This document shows, piece by piece, positions 1 through 14,100 of a stretch of 64,000 nucleotides of DNA. The notes under the pieces were generated by a model. That model worked only from the letters and a program-made list of their open reading frames with translations, had not been told where the DNA came from and made no database searches. This DNA comes from Laetmonice hystrix (Eukaryota). The DNA lies in NCBI GenBank assembly GCA_965235115.1, contig OZ249441.1, forward strand, positions 13,454,001 through 13,518,000, given 5' to 3'. Within the stretch, counting starts at the first letter, position 1. Each line of letters begins with the position of its first letter. A program made the translations under genes and the position numbers.

Positions 1-520
1 TGCAGGGTAACTGACCTGACCTGTACGGTAACATGGGGGTTTATCTGCAGGGTAACTGACCTGACCTGTACGGTAACGTGGGGGTGGGGGGTTATCTACA
101 GGGTAACTGACCTGATCTGTACGGTAACATGGGGGGGGGGGGTAATCTACAGGGTAACTGACCTGAGGGGTTGAGTGATCACTCACGGGCCACATTGACT
201 GACAGGGTGCTGGAATACCATGGGGTGGGGGTGAGGGGTTATCTACAGGGTAACTGACCTGACCTGACAGGGTCGTACACTGAGGCGTTGACTGATCACT
301 AACGGGCCACACTTGAGGCGTTGACTGATCACTAACGGGCCACACTGACTGGTGGTGTACTGGGGTTAAGTGATCACTCACGGGCCACATTGACTGACAG
401 GGTGCTGGAATAACATGGGGTGGGGGTGGGGGGTTATCTACAGGGTAACTGACCTGACCGGGTCGTACACTGAGGCGTTGACTGATCACTAACGGGTCAC
501 ACTGACTGGTGGTGTACTGA
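1..520. repeat. Degenerate composite tandem repeat
   Basis: Recurrent blocks cagggtaactgacctgacc, gggccacattgactgac and ttgactgatcactaacggg. Confidence 0.7.
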
Positions 521-930
521 ACTGTTCTGGGTGTGTATTCAATTTGACCTCTCCTACTCTAACTCAGTGGGAGCAGAATGAACCGAACGTTAACAATGGC
601 CTTCCCGTTCACCATGGCAGACAGCGGGTGGGCTTTGTGGACCCTGACCATTGACACCAGGGAGGGCGGGAAGGAGGGAGTTGTGGACACAAGGATGAGT
701 CCACTGCTGTAGACCAGGGTACGGCACACATAGAAAATTCTCCAAGTCTTTATCAACCTCCAGTCCTGAAATTAGTTCGCGTCCCTTAAGATTAATTCCT
801 TAGTGCAGATTATCAAATATCACATATCCTCATCTTTCGTATTAATTTCAATGTTTGAATTCTCAGGACTACATGAGGGAGATGACTTGCAGATTGACAA
901 TAAGCCAGAGAAAAGGTAATATGATGTCCA

Positions 931-1687
931 ACAGGAACAGACTTCATGTACGTGTGTCACACTGTGGCAGGTTCTCCACCCCAAGCCTTGCCAGGAACAG
1001 ACTTCATGTACGTGTGTCACACTGTGGCAGGTTCTCCACCCCAAGCCTTGCCAGGAACAGACTTCATGTACGTGTGTCACACTGTGGCAGGTTCTCCACC
1101 CCAAGCCTTGCCAGGAACAGACTTCATGTACGTGTGTCACACTGTGGCAGGTTCTCCACCCCAAGCCTTGCCAGGAACAGACTTCATGTACGTGTGTCAC
1201 ACTGTGGCAGGTTCTCCACCCCAAGCCTTGCCAGGAACAGACTTCATGTACGTGTGTCACACTGTGGCAGGTTCTCCACCCCAAGCCTTGCCAGGAACAG
1301 ACTTCATGTACGTGTGTCACACTGTGGCAGGTTCTCCACCCCAAGCCTTGCCAGGAACAGACTTCATGTACGTGTGTCACACTGTGGCAGGTTCTCCACC
1401 CCAAGCCTTGCCAGGAACATACGTGTGTCACACTGTGGCAGGTTCTCCACCCCAAGCCTTGCCAGGAACAGACTTCATGTACGTGTGTCACACTGTGGCA
1501 GGTTCTCCACCCCAAGCCTTGCCAGGAACAGACTTCATGTACGTGTGTCACACTGTGGCAGGTTCTCCACCCCAAGCCTTGCCAGGAACATACGTGTGTC
1601 ACACTGTGGCAGGTTCTCCACCCCAAGCCTTGCCAGGAACAGACTTCATGTACGTGTGTCACACTGTGGCAGGTTCTCCACCCCAAG
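931..1687. repeat. Minisatellite, 60-bp unit (two units 51 bp), about 13 copies
   Basis: Unit aggaacagacttcatgtacgtgtgtcacactgtggcaggttctccaccccaagccttgcc; the variant lacks gacttcatg. Explains three overlapping repetitive ORFs. Confidence 0.95.
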
Positions 1688-1996
1688 CTGCCCTGCCAGG
1701 CGCAAACAATCAGTTCTCATGTGTAAATATTGGGCCGAATAAGTCCATGGCATGACTGAAATAGAAAAGAGATGTGTAAGTAGTTTGTCGTAGTTAGCAG
1801 CAGTAGCAGCCCGCCATCGTTCTGTTCGTGTTGGTAGATGGTTGGACGGGGAAGACAGCTTGGCTCAGCCGCTGGTAGGGGGCAGCACGAACACCACAAG
1901 GGGGCAGCACCAACAAACCAATCTACCAGGCAGCCAATCAATGCAAATCTGAAAAGTATGAGGAAAGTAGCATTACCTTGACCGAGCAAAACAAAC

Positions 1997-2194
1997 CTGC
2001 GTATTGCTGGATCCCACTGTAGGCCTGACTGAGAGCATCCACACTCGACTGGCTGCCGGCCATTGAAGCGTTTCCAATACCGTTACTGCCCAGATTGGGA
2101 GCCACAGCACCAACATTGGGCAAACTATTCTGGAGGCCAGTCAAGCCGCCTCCCATCGAGGCTGTCGAGTTTGTTGTGTTGGTAGTTGCCTGAC
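1997..2194 (-). CDS. CELF1/2: CELF coding exon 11 (divergent domain, conserved [14 protein letters not shown] motif)
   Basis: Acceptor tttaccag|GT CAG. Encodes [17 protein letters not shown]...[15 protein letters not shown]. Donor G|gtttgt; 198 nt. Confidence 0.88.
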
Positions 2195-5100
2195 CTGGTA
2201 AACAGTTCAAACAGGGAAACATTATTGAACCTGACAACGAGTTCACACAATCAACTAAACATCTTCGAATATGGATATTATAATTTGCTTTTCCGTAACA
2301 TTATTCTGTTGTACATTAAGTCCTTGGATGCTAAGCCGACTGTCCTACACGTGGCATCCAAGGCAAATTCTTAAAAATCAGACCCCGATGTAAATCACAG
2401 CGTGGGAAAGTGAGATAGCTTCACTAAGATATGAGCATAAAGTAGGACTTACTTGGTTGTGCTAACTGGAATATACTGTTACTCGTGCTGTGTTGGTAGT
2501 CCATATTGCTACCTTGAAATGGTAAGAAAGATCAGTCAATACATACTCAAGAAATACGTAATGGGACAAGATACTTTTGTAAAGAGGGAAAGCGTCCATG
2601 TCCAACAAGGTATAGCGGGTAATATAATCGACGACTATGGAGGAGAGGTCCCGGGTTGGTGCGAGTGTCATCCAGTAATAGTTATTACTCCCGTGAAATG
2701 ATTACAAACGTCTGTTTGTGTAACTATTCGGTAGGTGTCCCCATGGGGGTCGGGTGAGTGGGAGAAACAGTTGTGCTGGCCAGATCTGCGTCCTGAGGTT
2801 ATAATCTCGAGTTCCGTACAGAATGGAGAAACTGCACAGTAACCAACTCCACACCAAGCTGACCACCTTGTGGGTTGCAGCCATGCGCATGCAGTTAACA
2901 GGACCCCGAGCTGCTACAGTGGTTTACTCCTGTACCATCTACATGTATATGTATGTATAAGCGCACACATATATATAAATGGATCAGTTATAATACAGAC
3001 CCACAAAGACAGGACAATAAGGCTAACTATCAAACATTGCTAGATGGACAACATTTACTTCAGAAACAGACTCACAGCCCAAATCATGTACCATGAGAAC
3101 ACGGACATTTCCTAGCATTTCTTTCTTTCCTTATGTCACACTTCAGATTGAGGAAGGTTGAAGAAGTTGATTTGACTGTTGTAGTTTCAATGACAGTGTG
3201 TGTGTGTGCGTATTATCAGATTTCTGCCCGCCATGTCCACTGTTAAACACTGAACACTACGACACTGAAAGTGGGGCGTTATGTTCCACTGATGGTAAAA
3301 CATGCCCGAGCGCCCCCTGGTGGTGCGTTCAACGCCTAGCTGAGCCAAATACTGGTGAACCAAAGACACTGCACTGTACAGTAGCATGCTCTCACCTAGT
3401 CCTAGTTGTCCTGTCTTTCCTAATAAAGCAGCTTCAAAAAGAGAAAACACACGTCAGTGTCTCACTTAACATGTGTCCAAACTCAATCTAAGACATGCTT
3501 GTCAAATTGGAAAAAAAGTATGGAAACCCAAGTCAAAAACCAATACATCAATTCAAAAATAATGATATTGGAAATAAATGTGTAAAAAATCAAAGTGGTA
3601 AAATAAATAGGCTGTACTAAACATTCTACAACCAGAAACCTAGGAAAGCTTAGCCGTAAGGACCTGTCTGATTAGAATTGGATGGGCACCGAGGTGACGT
3701 AGTTCTTACTGTTTACGGTCAGTATCGAGAATCAAATAACACGTACGTCTCTCTTATCTATACAGCAATCATTCCCTAACTCAGGACTGGTTCTCCCTTG
3801 TAACTTTGGGATCTTAATCTTAGATAAACTTCTCCCCTTGCAGTGTACCAACCATGCGACTTATACAAAATATTATCTAAACAGATCCAGTTGGAAGTCA
3901 GGATGTAAGAAGAAATCTGAAGGACGGATAGAACACGCTAAACTTGTCCCACCTATTAGGGAGGTGGATATAAATTGTGAAAACTGTTGGAATGTCTTGA
4001 AATTTAAGCGAGCCTCACGCGGGGATGATTTGCGTAACCAAGGAAGCGGAAGGATTCAGGGCACTACTATAGACAGAGCTGTGACCTGACATATGGAGAA
4101 GTCACCTCGAGTCAGAGTCAAGGTGGACAATCCCAAACACTGTGGACAGACTGGGCGCATGAAAGCGATGGAGAGGGAGGGTGGGAGGGAGGCAAAAGAT
4201 TGAGATTGAGGTGGGAGGGGAAGGGCAGCAGGATTAAGTAAAAACAAAAGGGTTGCCCGCGAATGGAGGGGTGTGTGGGTAAGCTGCTCAAAAAGCCAAC
4301 CAGATGTATTTTTGCGGCTATGAGGCCAAATAAAGGCAGAAGGGCCAACCTGAGTTGGAAGTTCCACTGCCACCTGAAACAAGGACGAGGAGGTCATGAG
4401 ACCAAGGTCACTGACTCAGTGACGTCACTATCCGTAACGTCACCATGATGAAAGGAAACCTAGACCTCCGAACATCACCGGGATGACGTGTGCGCATCAT
4501 CTGGTGACGTGTCACTGTTAGAATGTGACGTTTTACGTCAGGCTACCATAACGGTGACAGGTGACGTCACGCAGTGACGAGTGACAGTCACTGGTTGACG
4601 ATTCACATGTCCCATAACAACCCTTACCCATCTCAATTCATACAATATAAACTATACAACAAAATTGAATAAAACACAAAGTTTTGGAAAGTGATAAGAG
4701 CTGCAAAGAGAGACAAATGAAAACGGCAGATTTACAAATCAAGAGACACAATAAGTGTGGAGTCGGTGGGGGGGGGGGGGGGTTAGACATGAAGGGAGAC
4801 ATGATCTGAGTGCTTACAATGGGACGGGAAGACAGCACTATGAGGACAGGTCGGCGACATACTCAGTATTCATTTGGTATACCTCACACCAACCGTTTCA
4901 TATCGGAGCCTGCACAACCTCATTTACCGTCACCTATTACTTCTGCTTCCAGAACCTACATCAGAATCTATAACCCATTTGGTTAAAAAATCACATATAA
5001 AATTATTTTCTGGACAACCTGGGGTGTTCTTGTTCAATATGGCACTATCCTTTGAGTAATACTCCCTTAAACTGACTTTCGTTTGGACATCAAACCACAC

Positions 5101-8100
5101 AATGATACCCATCAAACTACCCCATCCTAACATGTGCCTACTCATACTGTGGGTTGATACTGTCATGTTGTGCTGCAGTACTGTTCATACAATTCTACGC
5201 CCTCGGATGGCGGTCGACCTAATCCGACTACGACTACTCGAGTTCTTGACGTTCTCTCGGTCTAAATTTGATCACCATCCAAAAGGTTACAGAACGGTCG
5301 GCCCAGATAGCCTGTATCTCCGGCAGCCGTTAGGTCTCAGGTATTTAATTTCCTCCTTCCACACAAAATACATATATAAGTGTGCACGCTAAAGAGTGTG
5401 TGTGTATGTGGTGTAGAAGAGATTTAAACTCGACGTGCCGGTATCTGAGTGTGTGAAGCCGGCAATGACGGGGTTAGTGAGTGAGTGAGTGAGTCGCCCG
5501 ACAGAGGGTGGGTGACGGTACGGTACAGGGTATGATCGGGGTGGGCCGACCAGAAGATGTGTAGAACAACTCTCACCTGTATTGATGGACGTGGGGGAGG
5601 CAGCCGTGGCCATCTGGTTCAGAGTAGCCAGGTTCTGGACACCCAGAGTGTTCAGGCCTAGACACAGCAAACAACAAACGTCAACAACTTCACCACCAGC
5701 CACAACAACAACATCACACAAACATACACAGTCATCCGCACGCAATCCAGCTTCCCAAACTACAGGAAGAAAATCACTGGTTTTTTAAATTTCTGTTTTA
5801 TTTAATCTTTGAGAACTGTTATCAATATCAGCCAGAGCTTTCACTCAGCACTAAGAAGAGGCGACACAATGTTAACGTACTAATAACCCCCCCCCCCCCC
5901 GTTGTGAATCAATGATTGCCGGGACTACTCTACACGTGACAGAAAGACAGACAGACACAGACAGACGGGACAGGGGACAGGTGAACCCGTCAATGTCTAC
6001 ACGGGAGCTCGGAGCTAAAGATGTGTGTTTAATTTAACTGTAGGAATATCTTTAATATTACCCTGTACCAATCTTATCACCTGTGTCAATCTAAGAATAA
6101 CCATAGACGTAGACTCTAGGTCTATGGAATAACCAAGCGGCACCTAGTATAGGTTGTGATGGGAAGTGAGGGGGGACGTAAAACACTTAGAACACCAAGT
6201 TATCACCAATCTCTGCCAGCAAACAGTAACAGGAATGCTCTAAGCTTGGCGGTTCTATACCACTGAAAGTCACTAGACGAGTAAGCCAGTCTGTAACTGT
6301 GCTGTTAACCTAATTAAATGTATACCATATCGGCAAATATAAGGAAGCTGGAACGTTGACAGGCTTAATGGGGCGTTGTCAGCGAATACAATTTATGAAG
6401 ATATGAATAGGGATATATGACAGCTGACAGACACGAAAATATGACAGGCAGCAAGGAGACACGACAAGGGCCAGATGGATAAAGAGCTGGACAGATGGAT
6501 ATGAACGACGGGTTGGTGAACGTTGGCGAAAGTAGTAGGATTGATTTTGGGGGCGAGGAGCGGGGAGACAGGAAGGTTTGGGTGGGTGGGTGTGGGTGTG
6601 GGTGTGGGTGTGGGTGTGGGTGTGGGTGTGGGAGTTATCAGCATGTGAAGGGCTGTGTACCTGAGCCGCCAGCAACACTGGCAAGTGCAGCGAGGTTTTG
6701 GAGGTTCTGCAGGTTGTGTAGACTGGAGGCGTCCCCTGAAAGGCACCAAGACAGCAACATACAGTTATCAGCACACACGTATACTATACGCACGACACTC
6801 TCTACCCACTCTCTCCATATAATAACACTTCGTATAACGATAGCAGGTCAATGGGTGCGTGTTCTGCCGGGGTGTAGGCAACAAGGATGGCGTCCGCCGT
6901 ATAATCGTCCGTTCGTTAGATTCTGAACTTTTCAACGCTTTCAACGGCGATTATAAGGAACGGAAAATTATACGGCAGATGGCCAACGTACGGTAACCAA
7001 ATCCCCTACTTTTATACCCCTACCCCCCCCCCCCATATTCTGTAACCTCTCCACACCCCTGTGTGGTAAGGATACACTGCGGCAAATATAGAGGCAAGTA
7101 TATAGAACTACGTGAGATATTTAGGTGATTAAAATTATGAATGAAAGGGTCAATAATCAACATTCAGCTCGGAAAACAAACTGATCACTTTTGTGTTTTT
7201 CAAGATGTGTTTGGAAGGTGTAACGCACGCTCCACATACTTGCTTCAACAGTAACAAAACACTCGTTTCTTGGGACGTGCCCGCCAAGCGGCGAAGGGTT
7301 GTGACGTCACTAGTGGCGGGCAGGGGGACGCATGGCCTGCCCAGTTGTTGGGTCAGTAAAACACAGAGACTTGGGACAACATGCAAACACGATCAGACGA
7401 GGACAGACTTAGACGTTCTCCTCGCGCCAAGGAGGCTGGCGTCTTACTGCTCAAACACCAGTACAGGAAAATAGCTTTATCCAAATTAACTTTTGGTGGA
7501 GAGTTCATTAATGTTAACACTTATATAGGGCCGTATTACTCGACCAGCCTCAGTGACGGAGGAGAACCCGTTTTCCTCCAGTGGTGCCTCAAAAAACGGG
7601 TACAGACGGAGAACGAGTAATGTACAACACTGTCAATAGGTGGCACCACTCACCATTACCCATCATGCACTGCGCCCGCCCGCTTGCAGCCGCTTGAGTT
7701 AGAATCAAGGGTAACAGGCCAGGTTAGCAGCAGAACACACTGAGAAGTCAGAAAATACTAACAAAATATCCACAAATGGCGAAAACTACATGTAATCACT
7801 AATACAAGTACTATCCTGGAATGGTCAAAATCTGTTTACAGCTACTTTCCCCGGATATCACCTTGCAAATTTAAGATGTAGGCCCCTATATATATTGACA
7901 ACAACAAAAACGATCTAATCGTTAACAGAAGTTAAAAGAAGAACTATTTTGACTAAACTAAGAAACAGGATACGTGTGATATCCACGGTCATGTTAGAGC
8001 TTCACTAAACTTAAATGAAGTGCCATAAAAACTATTCGGAAAAACACTAAAGGTAGAAAAGCACAAATATTTTCCATTGTTTTCGCCCCATCACGCAGAG

Positions 8101-11100
8101 AAAATATCATCTTCCTGAAAATCTTGCCTTATAGTATATCTCCTGCATTTCATGACCGTAGCTCCTTCCCCACCCCATGCCACAAAACAATGCACCACAA
8201 AGAAAGTAAATATTACTCGATCTAGTGTAAAAATAGGACGAGGGTAAACAGCAAACAGTAGGAAGTTATACGAGGCGTCATACGCGTAGTAATCTGGCGC
8301 AGTAATTATAGGATCACGGTAACACAGAGCTATGCGGCCATCAGTGGTGTCAGGAACACAGAACACAGAACAGCGAACATGTTGGAAAGCCAAGCAGACG
8401 AGTGCTGACTGAACTAAACCTACCAACTTATAGGTTCTAAATATATTTCTTAATTGCTCAATAACATCACAGCGCCTGTTAAACATCAAATAATACAACT
8501 ACTACGTTTGTGGCAATGCCACAGGACTGTATTAAATTGTTTTCAAACACTCTGGGGTACATCTAGACCGGTGACGACTGCAACAACTGTTTTTGTACAC
8601 TAAAGTAGCATGTTGCATGGCATGGCCACCTTTCAGAGGTCCATTTTCTAGACTGATACATGTATGTGTAAACTGGCCAGGCTTGTACAGCCGACATTTA
8701 ACGACTATGCGAATACAACTTACGATACTATTGACCTCTAGCCTGAAATGCTTCACCGCTTTTCGAGTGTAGAATACCCCCTCGATCCCCGACCCAGATT
8801 TAGACCTAAACCACGCTTTACAAGTCTGGGTAGACAGTGGAGTCACTAACTGTTTAGTAAACCTGGCCTAGGCCTTACACGGAATTGGAGCCACGTATCA
8901 TCATAATAATAGCATACATGATATATGTGCCCTGAGTATGGCCATATACAGGGACGACTAGCCAGTTCACAATGATATTATTTAAACATTAAAGACCTGT
9001 GTCAATTTCCACAAATAAAAGTATATTACAGTTTCACCTTTACTGCTATCTTCCCATTACATACTATCTGTCTCTACACAGTTTTCATCATAATTAGCAT
9101 GGAAACCAAAGGTTACATCAAAGGTTCTTCTCTTACTGTTCTAATACCGTTCTAGTTTTCCTGGTCTAACAATTGCAGGTAGATAACGAATAGTAAATGC
9201 CTCTTACCATACATGGATGGGGCAGTAGCTGGCAAACAATTAAACAACAATGTCAGCTAACATGTCATATTCTTTACACTCTACACATACGGCGAATAGT
9301 TTTTTTTCAGTTGTAAAGGAGCTGAAATGCCGAGAATCAGGTGCCGGGAGGAGCCGAGATCTTGAGATGTTCAAACAATCACAATTTTCCCCAAGCCGTT
9401 TTCGTCCTATTACGGTATTCGTATAACTGTCTTCAGTTTTGGTTTTCGAACCATCTGCCTTGCCGCCATATGTAGGACAATACACACAGTAATTCGCAAA
9501 CAGGCCTGACACCTGGGAACAACATTACAAACGAATTCCCTCGACCGTTGTTGGTATCGATTGTATGTTGGATGTTGAGGGGCTGACATACAACCGAACA
9601 CACACCAGGGTGGGGGTGGGGGGTGTATGTATACGAACAATGATAACGGACCCACATTCTCTGATACACGTACTGCCTCCCGCCCATCCCTTCCCCCCCC
9701 CCCCCCCCCGTCAATACCAACACACATTCACCCCTCTCCTCTTCCTCTCTACTCATATTGGGAACCAGGTGTACCTAAATTTAGCTGGAAACCCTGCTTT
9801 GTTGATTTCAACGCATATAAAGCCATGTGAAAAAGAGTAAAGGTTTTTTTTTCAATTAATACGTTTAAAAACAACAGAACCCCATGCGATTCTCAGTGTA
9901 TCTTCAGGCAATATTTGTAAATATGCTGCGAATGTTTCAAAATTAAGAATGTTAGTCCTTTCCTAAAATAAATCAAAGCGTCATTCTACAATCTTGGGCC
10001 TACGGTGCTACGGCTCGCTGCGCTTGCCATTATCAGGTAGCATGCCTTAATGTTAGTTTGTTTAGTATAACTAGAACTATCCTTGGATCAGCAGAGAGGT
10101 AATTTGCCCAGGGAGTAACTTCATTTGTACCTTCTCACTGAGCTTCCTTAACTAGGCACGTGGAAACCAAAGGGGAAGACTGTAAAGTTTAAAAGCCATC
10201 TAATTGGGAAAGCTGAGGCTGTTAAAATCAGTGTCAAGGCCATGCCCTTGATCTTACTTGGCTCTGACATTGACCTTGACCCCACCAAGGTCAGTCAGCA
10301 GAGCTCGTTGACTTTGGTTTATATATATCTACCTTGGGCGGTGGAGGTTGTTCCTGTGGTGGACGTGCTGCTATTGCTTAACGCCGAAGTATTTAGACCC
10401 GCTAGAGCGGCTAACCCTGCGCACAAGGGAGTTTCTCAGGCAGAGTTCAACACAACAACAATAACATCAGCCACTACATGAAAATCACACCCATTGGATT
10501 GGATTTGAGAGCAGGAATCAACACTTGGACTCTCTTCACAAAGGTAGAAAAAATACCAACAATGTTACTGTGCACAAACACAAAGTCCAAAATTAAGCAA
10601 CATGAAACCTAGTTGAAAGTTAAAGACTAGCAACGATGTCTAAGTATCCAAGGTGCCTTCGTATGAGAATCAAGCAGAAGGACAAGTGAAAAATTCAATC
10701 ACGCCCAAAATTCTAGGTCAAGTCAAAATCATTTCCTCCCTTTCCAGATAAGAGCATTTGATAAAAAGGTAAAACTGACTCACTGACAAAAAGTTTTCTT
10801 CCTCAGCAAAACAAAATCGAACTCATCTGGGGTTTTGTTAAGAACATTTAAACCGTGAAGACCAGTGTAACAATTGTTTTTTTGGACGAATTGGTTTAGT
10901 TTTTGTGTTACACGATAGTGTACTACTCACCAGGGTTGGTTTGGAGTGCGGCGGCGGCTGCGGAGGCTGCGGCAAGCACCTGCTGCATCTGGAGGAGACT
11001 GAGCCCAGCCACCGGGTTCATCTGTGTGGCGTACAACCCGGACATCTGCGCCTTATTCTCATCTACAACATCAGCACCCGGGTTAGCTTCACAATCATGT

Positions 11101-14100
11101 GGAGCAATGGGTTGACTTGTGATGAACGTAACATAGTTAATGTCAGGCACCGGGCACTCGATCTCAATGTTTTTCTCGACCAGTTAAATATGAATTAAAA
11201 CTACATTTCTGCGTTAATTGCCATCTACCATTTTTACTTTTGGAAAGGAACCCAAGAGTGCAAACTCACCTGTTGATAAATTGCCTAAATTTGCTAAAGC
11301 TCCTAAGTTTCCAGCGGCTGCAGCTTGCTGCAATAACTGAAACATAAAACCGTACGATGCTGAGATAAATTGGCCCCCTAGGACGCTCTACAGTGTACAC
11401 TATGTTTTACTTCCAACTGATTCCCTTTACGTTATTACGACGATTAGGATTTCCTGTTTATCAACTTACCGCTAGATACTGTGGCCCTAGAGCCCCAAGG
11501 CCTGCTAGATTGGCCATACTGAGTAGATTTGTGTTCATTTGTTGTAATTTTTTCATTTCTTTTTCCTTCTGAGTGTCTGCGAACTTGACTACCAGTGGCG
11601 AGCGACAACCCTGCAAAGATCAAAAATATTATATGGCAACTGATGTCATAAATTGCAAAGTGCACTTAAGAAACGACCCGAGGGTATTTTTGGTGCAGGG
11701 GTTGGGGGTAACCTCGGGGTTAAATACGGGTACGTATGAGAAGTGGTACTCCGATATGATGCAGAGATATGATTTGAAATGTGGCTGACCGCTGCCCGGT
11801 GGGCCGCAGTCGTCAGGATAATTACATTCATGGATCATGGCCGGCCAGGCAGACGGCAGACGTGACCCCTAACCCCGGCCTCGACACTGACCCTGGCCAT
11901 GACACTTGGAGTGACACGTACGGAAATTATTCACGAAAACCGCACCGTTGTCCACCCTTGCTAAGTCCAAGACTGGCCAGCCACCCCGCCTCAAACTGAT
12001 CAGTGAGCGGCAGTCAACACCCTAAACAGCTACGTCTTATTGCAACATTCTATCCAGGATATGTTAAACCAATTTCACTGATTTCATAACGGCATCTGGC
12101 ACTATGGTAGGCGGCCCACCACGAGTAGTATACACAGTTGGCAATTAGAATCAGGCTATGAGAACAAAATCCGGCCTCAAAGGGCCGTAAAACTGCACCG
12201 TTAAAGCGGAAACTCGCAATAATTGACTAACTGGGTCATTGGTTGAACTCCATTGTGTCGTGACTTTATTCAGGCCGTCCTGGCACACAACACATCACAT
12301 AAACATTGAACAGAACATTAAATCAAAACTCTGCCATACAAGTGATACTTTCCCACCGGTCCGTGCATATTATCAACCCTTTTATTCGCATTATCTTAGC
12401 ATCAATCAACATGCCCTAACCTTCCTGCACCACGTCGTTTATAAATATTTATTCCTCCCTCATTAGACGGTGCACTGAAAGACAAGCAAGGATGTCATGA
12501 CCACTGACCTATGGTTACCCACTCCAGAGAACTGAGTGTGTTCTGAAGGAAAACAATTTGGTTGCCGCCTGAGAATTGAGTAGGAGGGTTGATTAGCTGG
12601 AAACCTAACCATCAGAGTGATTCAGGCAGGTAATTGGAGTCACTGGGGAAGGCCGAATGTAGTGAAGTGTTGTGGTTGGACAAAAATAGACAGGCACGAG
12701 TTGCGCAGAATACTAAACGGGAAATAAAGCAGGGCACGGATTCAACCTTTGCAATGGACAGCATGACTGATTTATGATATAACTCTACCACATACCGCAC
12801 GGTCGATCAACTTACCTCCATTGTTTGTGAATGGTGCATGGCTTTGATGGAATTTGTGGCACATTGCCGACTTGCATATGTAATAAATGCACAACCTGAA
12901 ACAGCAATAACAGTAACAGCATGAGTTCCAAGTCTGATTAAATAACAAAGTAAAACTAGGGCCCTCTAATACTAACGTTCACTTGGTTTTACTTCACATC
13001 CCAAACGTTTCTACTGATCTTTACTTCTAGGCTGTATAACACACAGTTTTCCCGGGATGTTTCAACAGAATGTAATATAAGAGAGCATCCCTGATGAAGA
13101 TTATCGAAAAGACTAAAAGAGGAAAAGACATTCTGTCAGTCCTACATAAAGTGGCAATGAAATAGCCACTCTAAGAAATAGGAGCTGTACGTTCCAACAA
13201 ACTTCCTTTAAAAAAAACCCCAAGGGACAGACTTAGTATGAAGTTATAAACAGATTGAGACGTAAGCTCTCCTAAGTCCCCTATAGAGTGCGAGTTGTCC
13301 ACTGGGTGGCTGGCCCACTGGGGACCGTGGGCTTGTCGTCTGTATTATTGATGAGCAACATGAGGGCCTCGCTTACAGACACAGGGGACAACGGCTCACA
13401 TGATCACACTTAATGTGACGGTCGGCTTAGTTTTACTGTTCTCACCTCGAAATCTTCCATACAACATACTTATAGTAATACATTTATACTTATTCAACAC
13501 ATCAAACTCCGCCGTACACAACCAGTGAAGGAATCTGTTTTTTCCGTATGCCATGATATATTGTCCGCTTTACCGACCAGTCTCCACCCATGATACTCGG
13601 TGGGTTGGGACGGAGTCGGCAGCACCACTGTGCCTACCTGAGGGATTTATACAAGTAATTCTTACCCTGACTCAAAGGGGCAAACATTGGATCAAGGACC
13701 AGGGCTCTGACCCTGGGCCTGTAAACATTAGGTGTCATTCAATGTCCCCGAGTGTTTGCCACTGATAACTTCCTCGTGTAAACCTGTAGATATCAGAGGA
13801 TGAGACAGGGTACCCAACAACACATCCCTTCCCGCAACCTTCTCCATGCCGCACTCCATTTCCAACCCTCTTCAATCCCAATCCACCCGTCTTCTACTGG
13901 AGCAAGGTGACAGATGACCTCAGACGGTTCCTCCAGTGTGTATGCCGTCAGCTCACCTGGAGTGGTCAATATATCCTAATGTTATCTAGCCAGCCTCCAG
14001 GGCGACCTCCAGGGTGGCCTCCAGGGCGGCCTCCAGCCCCCCACCCCCACCCCCCACCCCATCCGGTGCTCTCTCTCCTCAGTCAGATTCAGCTCTGGGT

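Noticed and set aside
931-1687. GGT...CCCAAGCC twister-like motif in the 60-bp unit
   Set aside because: The unit lacks the UAA cleavage context and the GAGGG pseudoknot partner.
820-1755. Three overlapping 269-295 aa ORFs
   Set aside because: They are translations of a 60/51-bp minisatellite (unit lengths are multiples of 3) inside a CELF intron; no domain content.
1790-1925. Possible further CELF exon (AAPYQRLSQAVFPVQP)
   Set aside because: The obvious acceptor gives an immediate stop, and the alternative needs a roughly 54-nt intron with a poor acceptor. The similarity is too weak.
7150-9520. SWIM/YqaJ-like fragments of a DNA transposon
   Set aside because: Only vague motif resemblance on mixed strands with many stops; cannot be supported without an HMM search.
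13085-13115. CCCTGATGAAG...CGAAA hammerhead-like string
   Set aside because: No viable stem II or stem I/III pairing. Other CTGATGA hits checked also lack the GAAA core.
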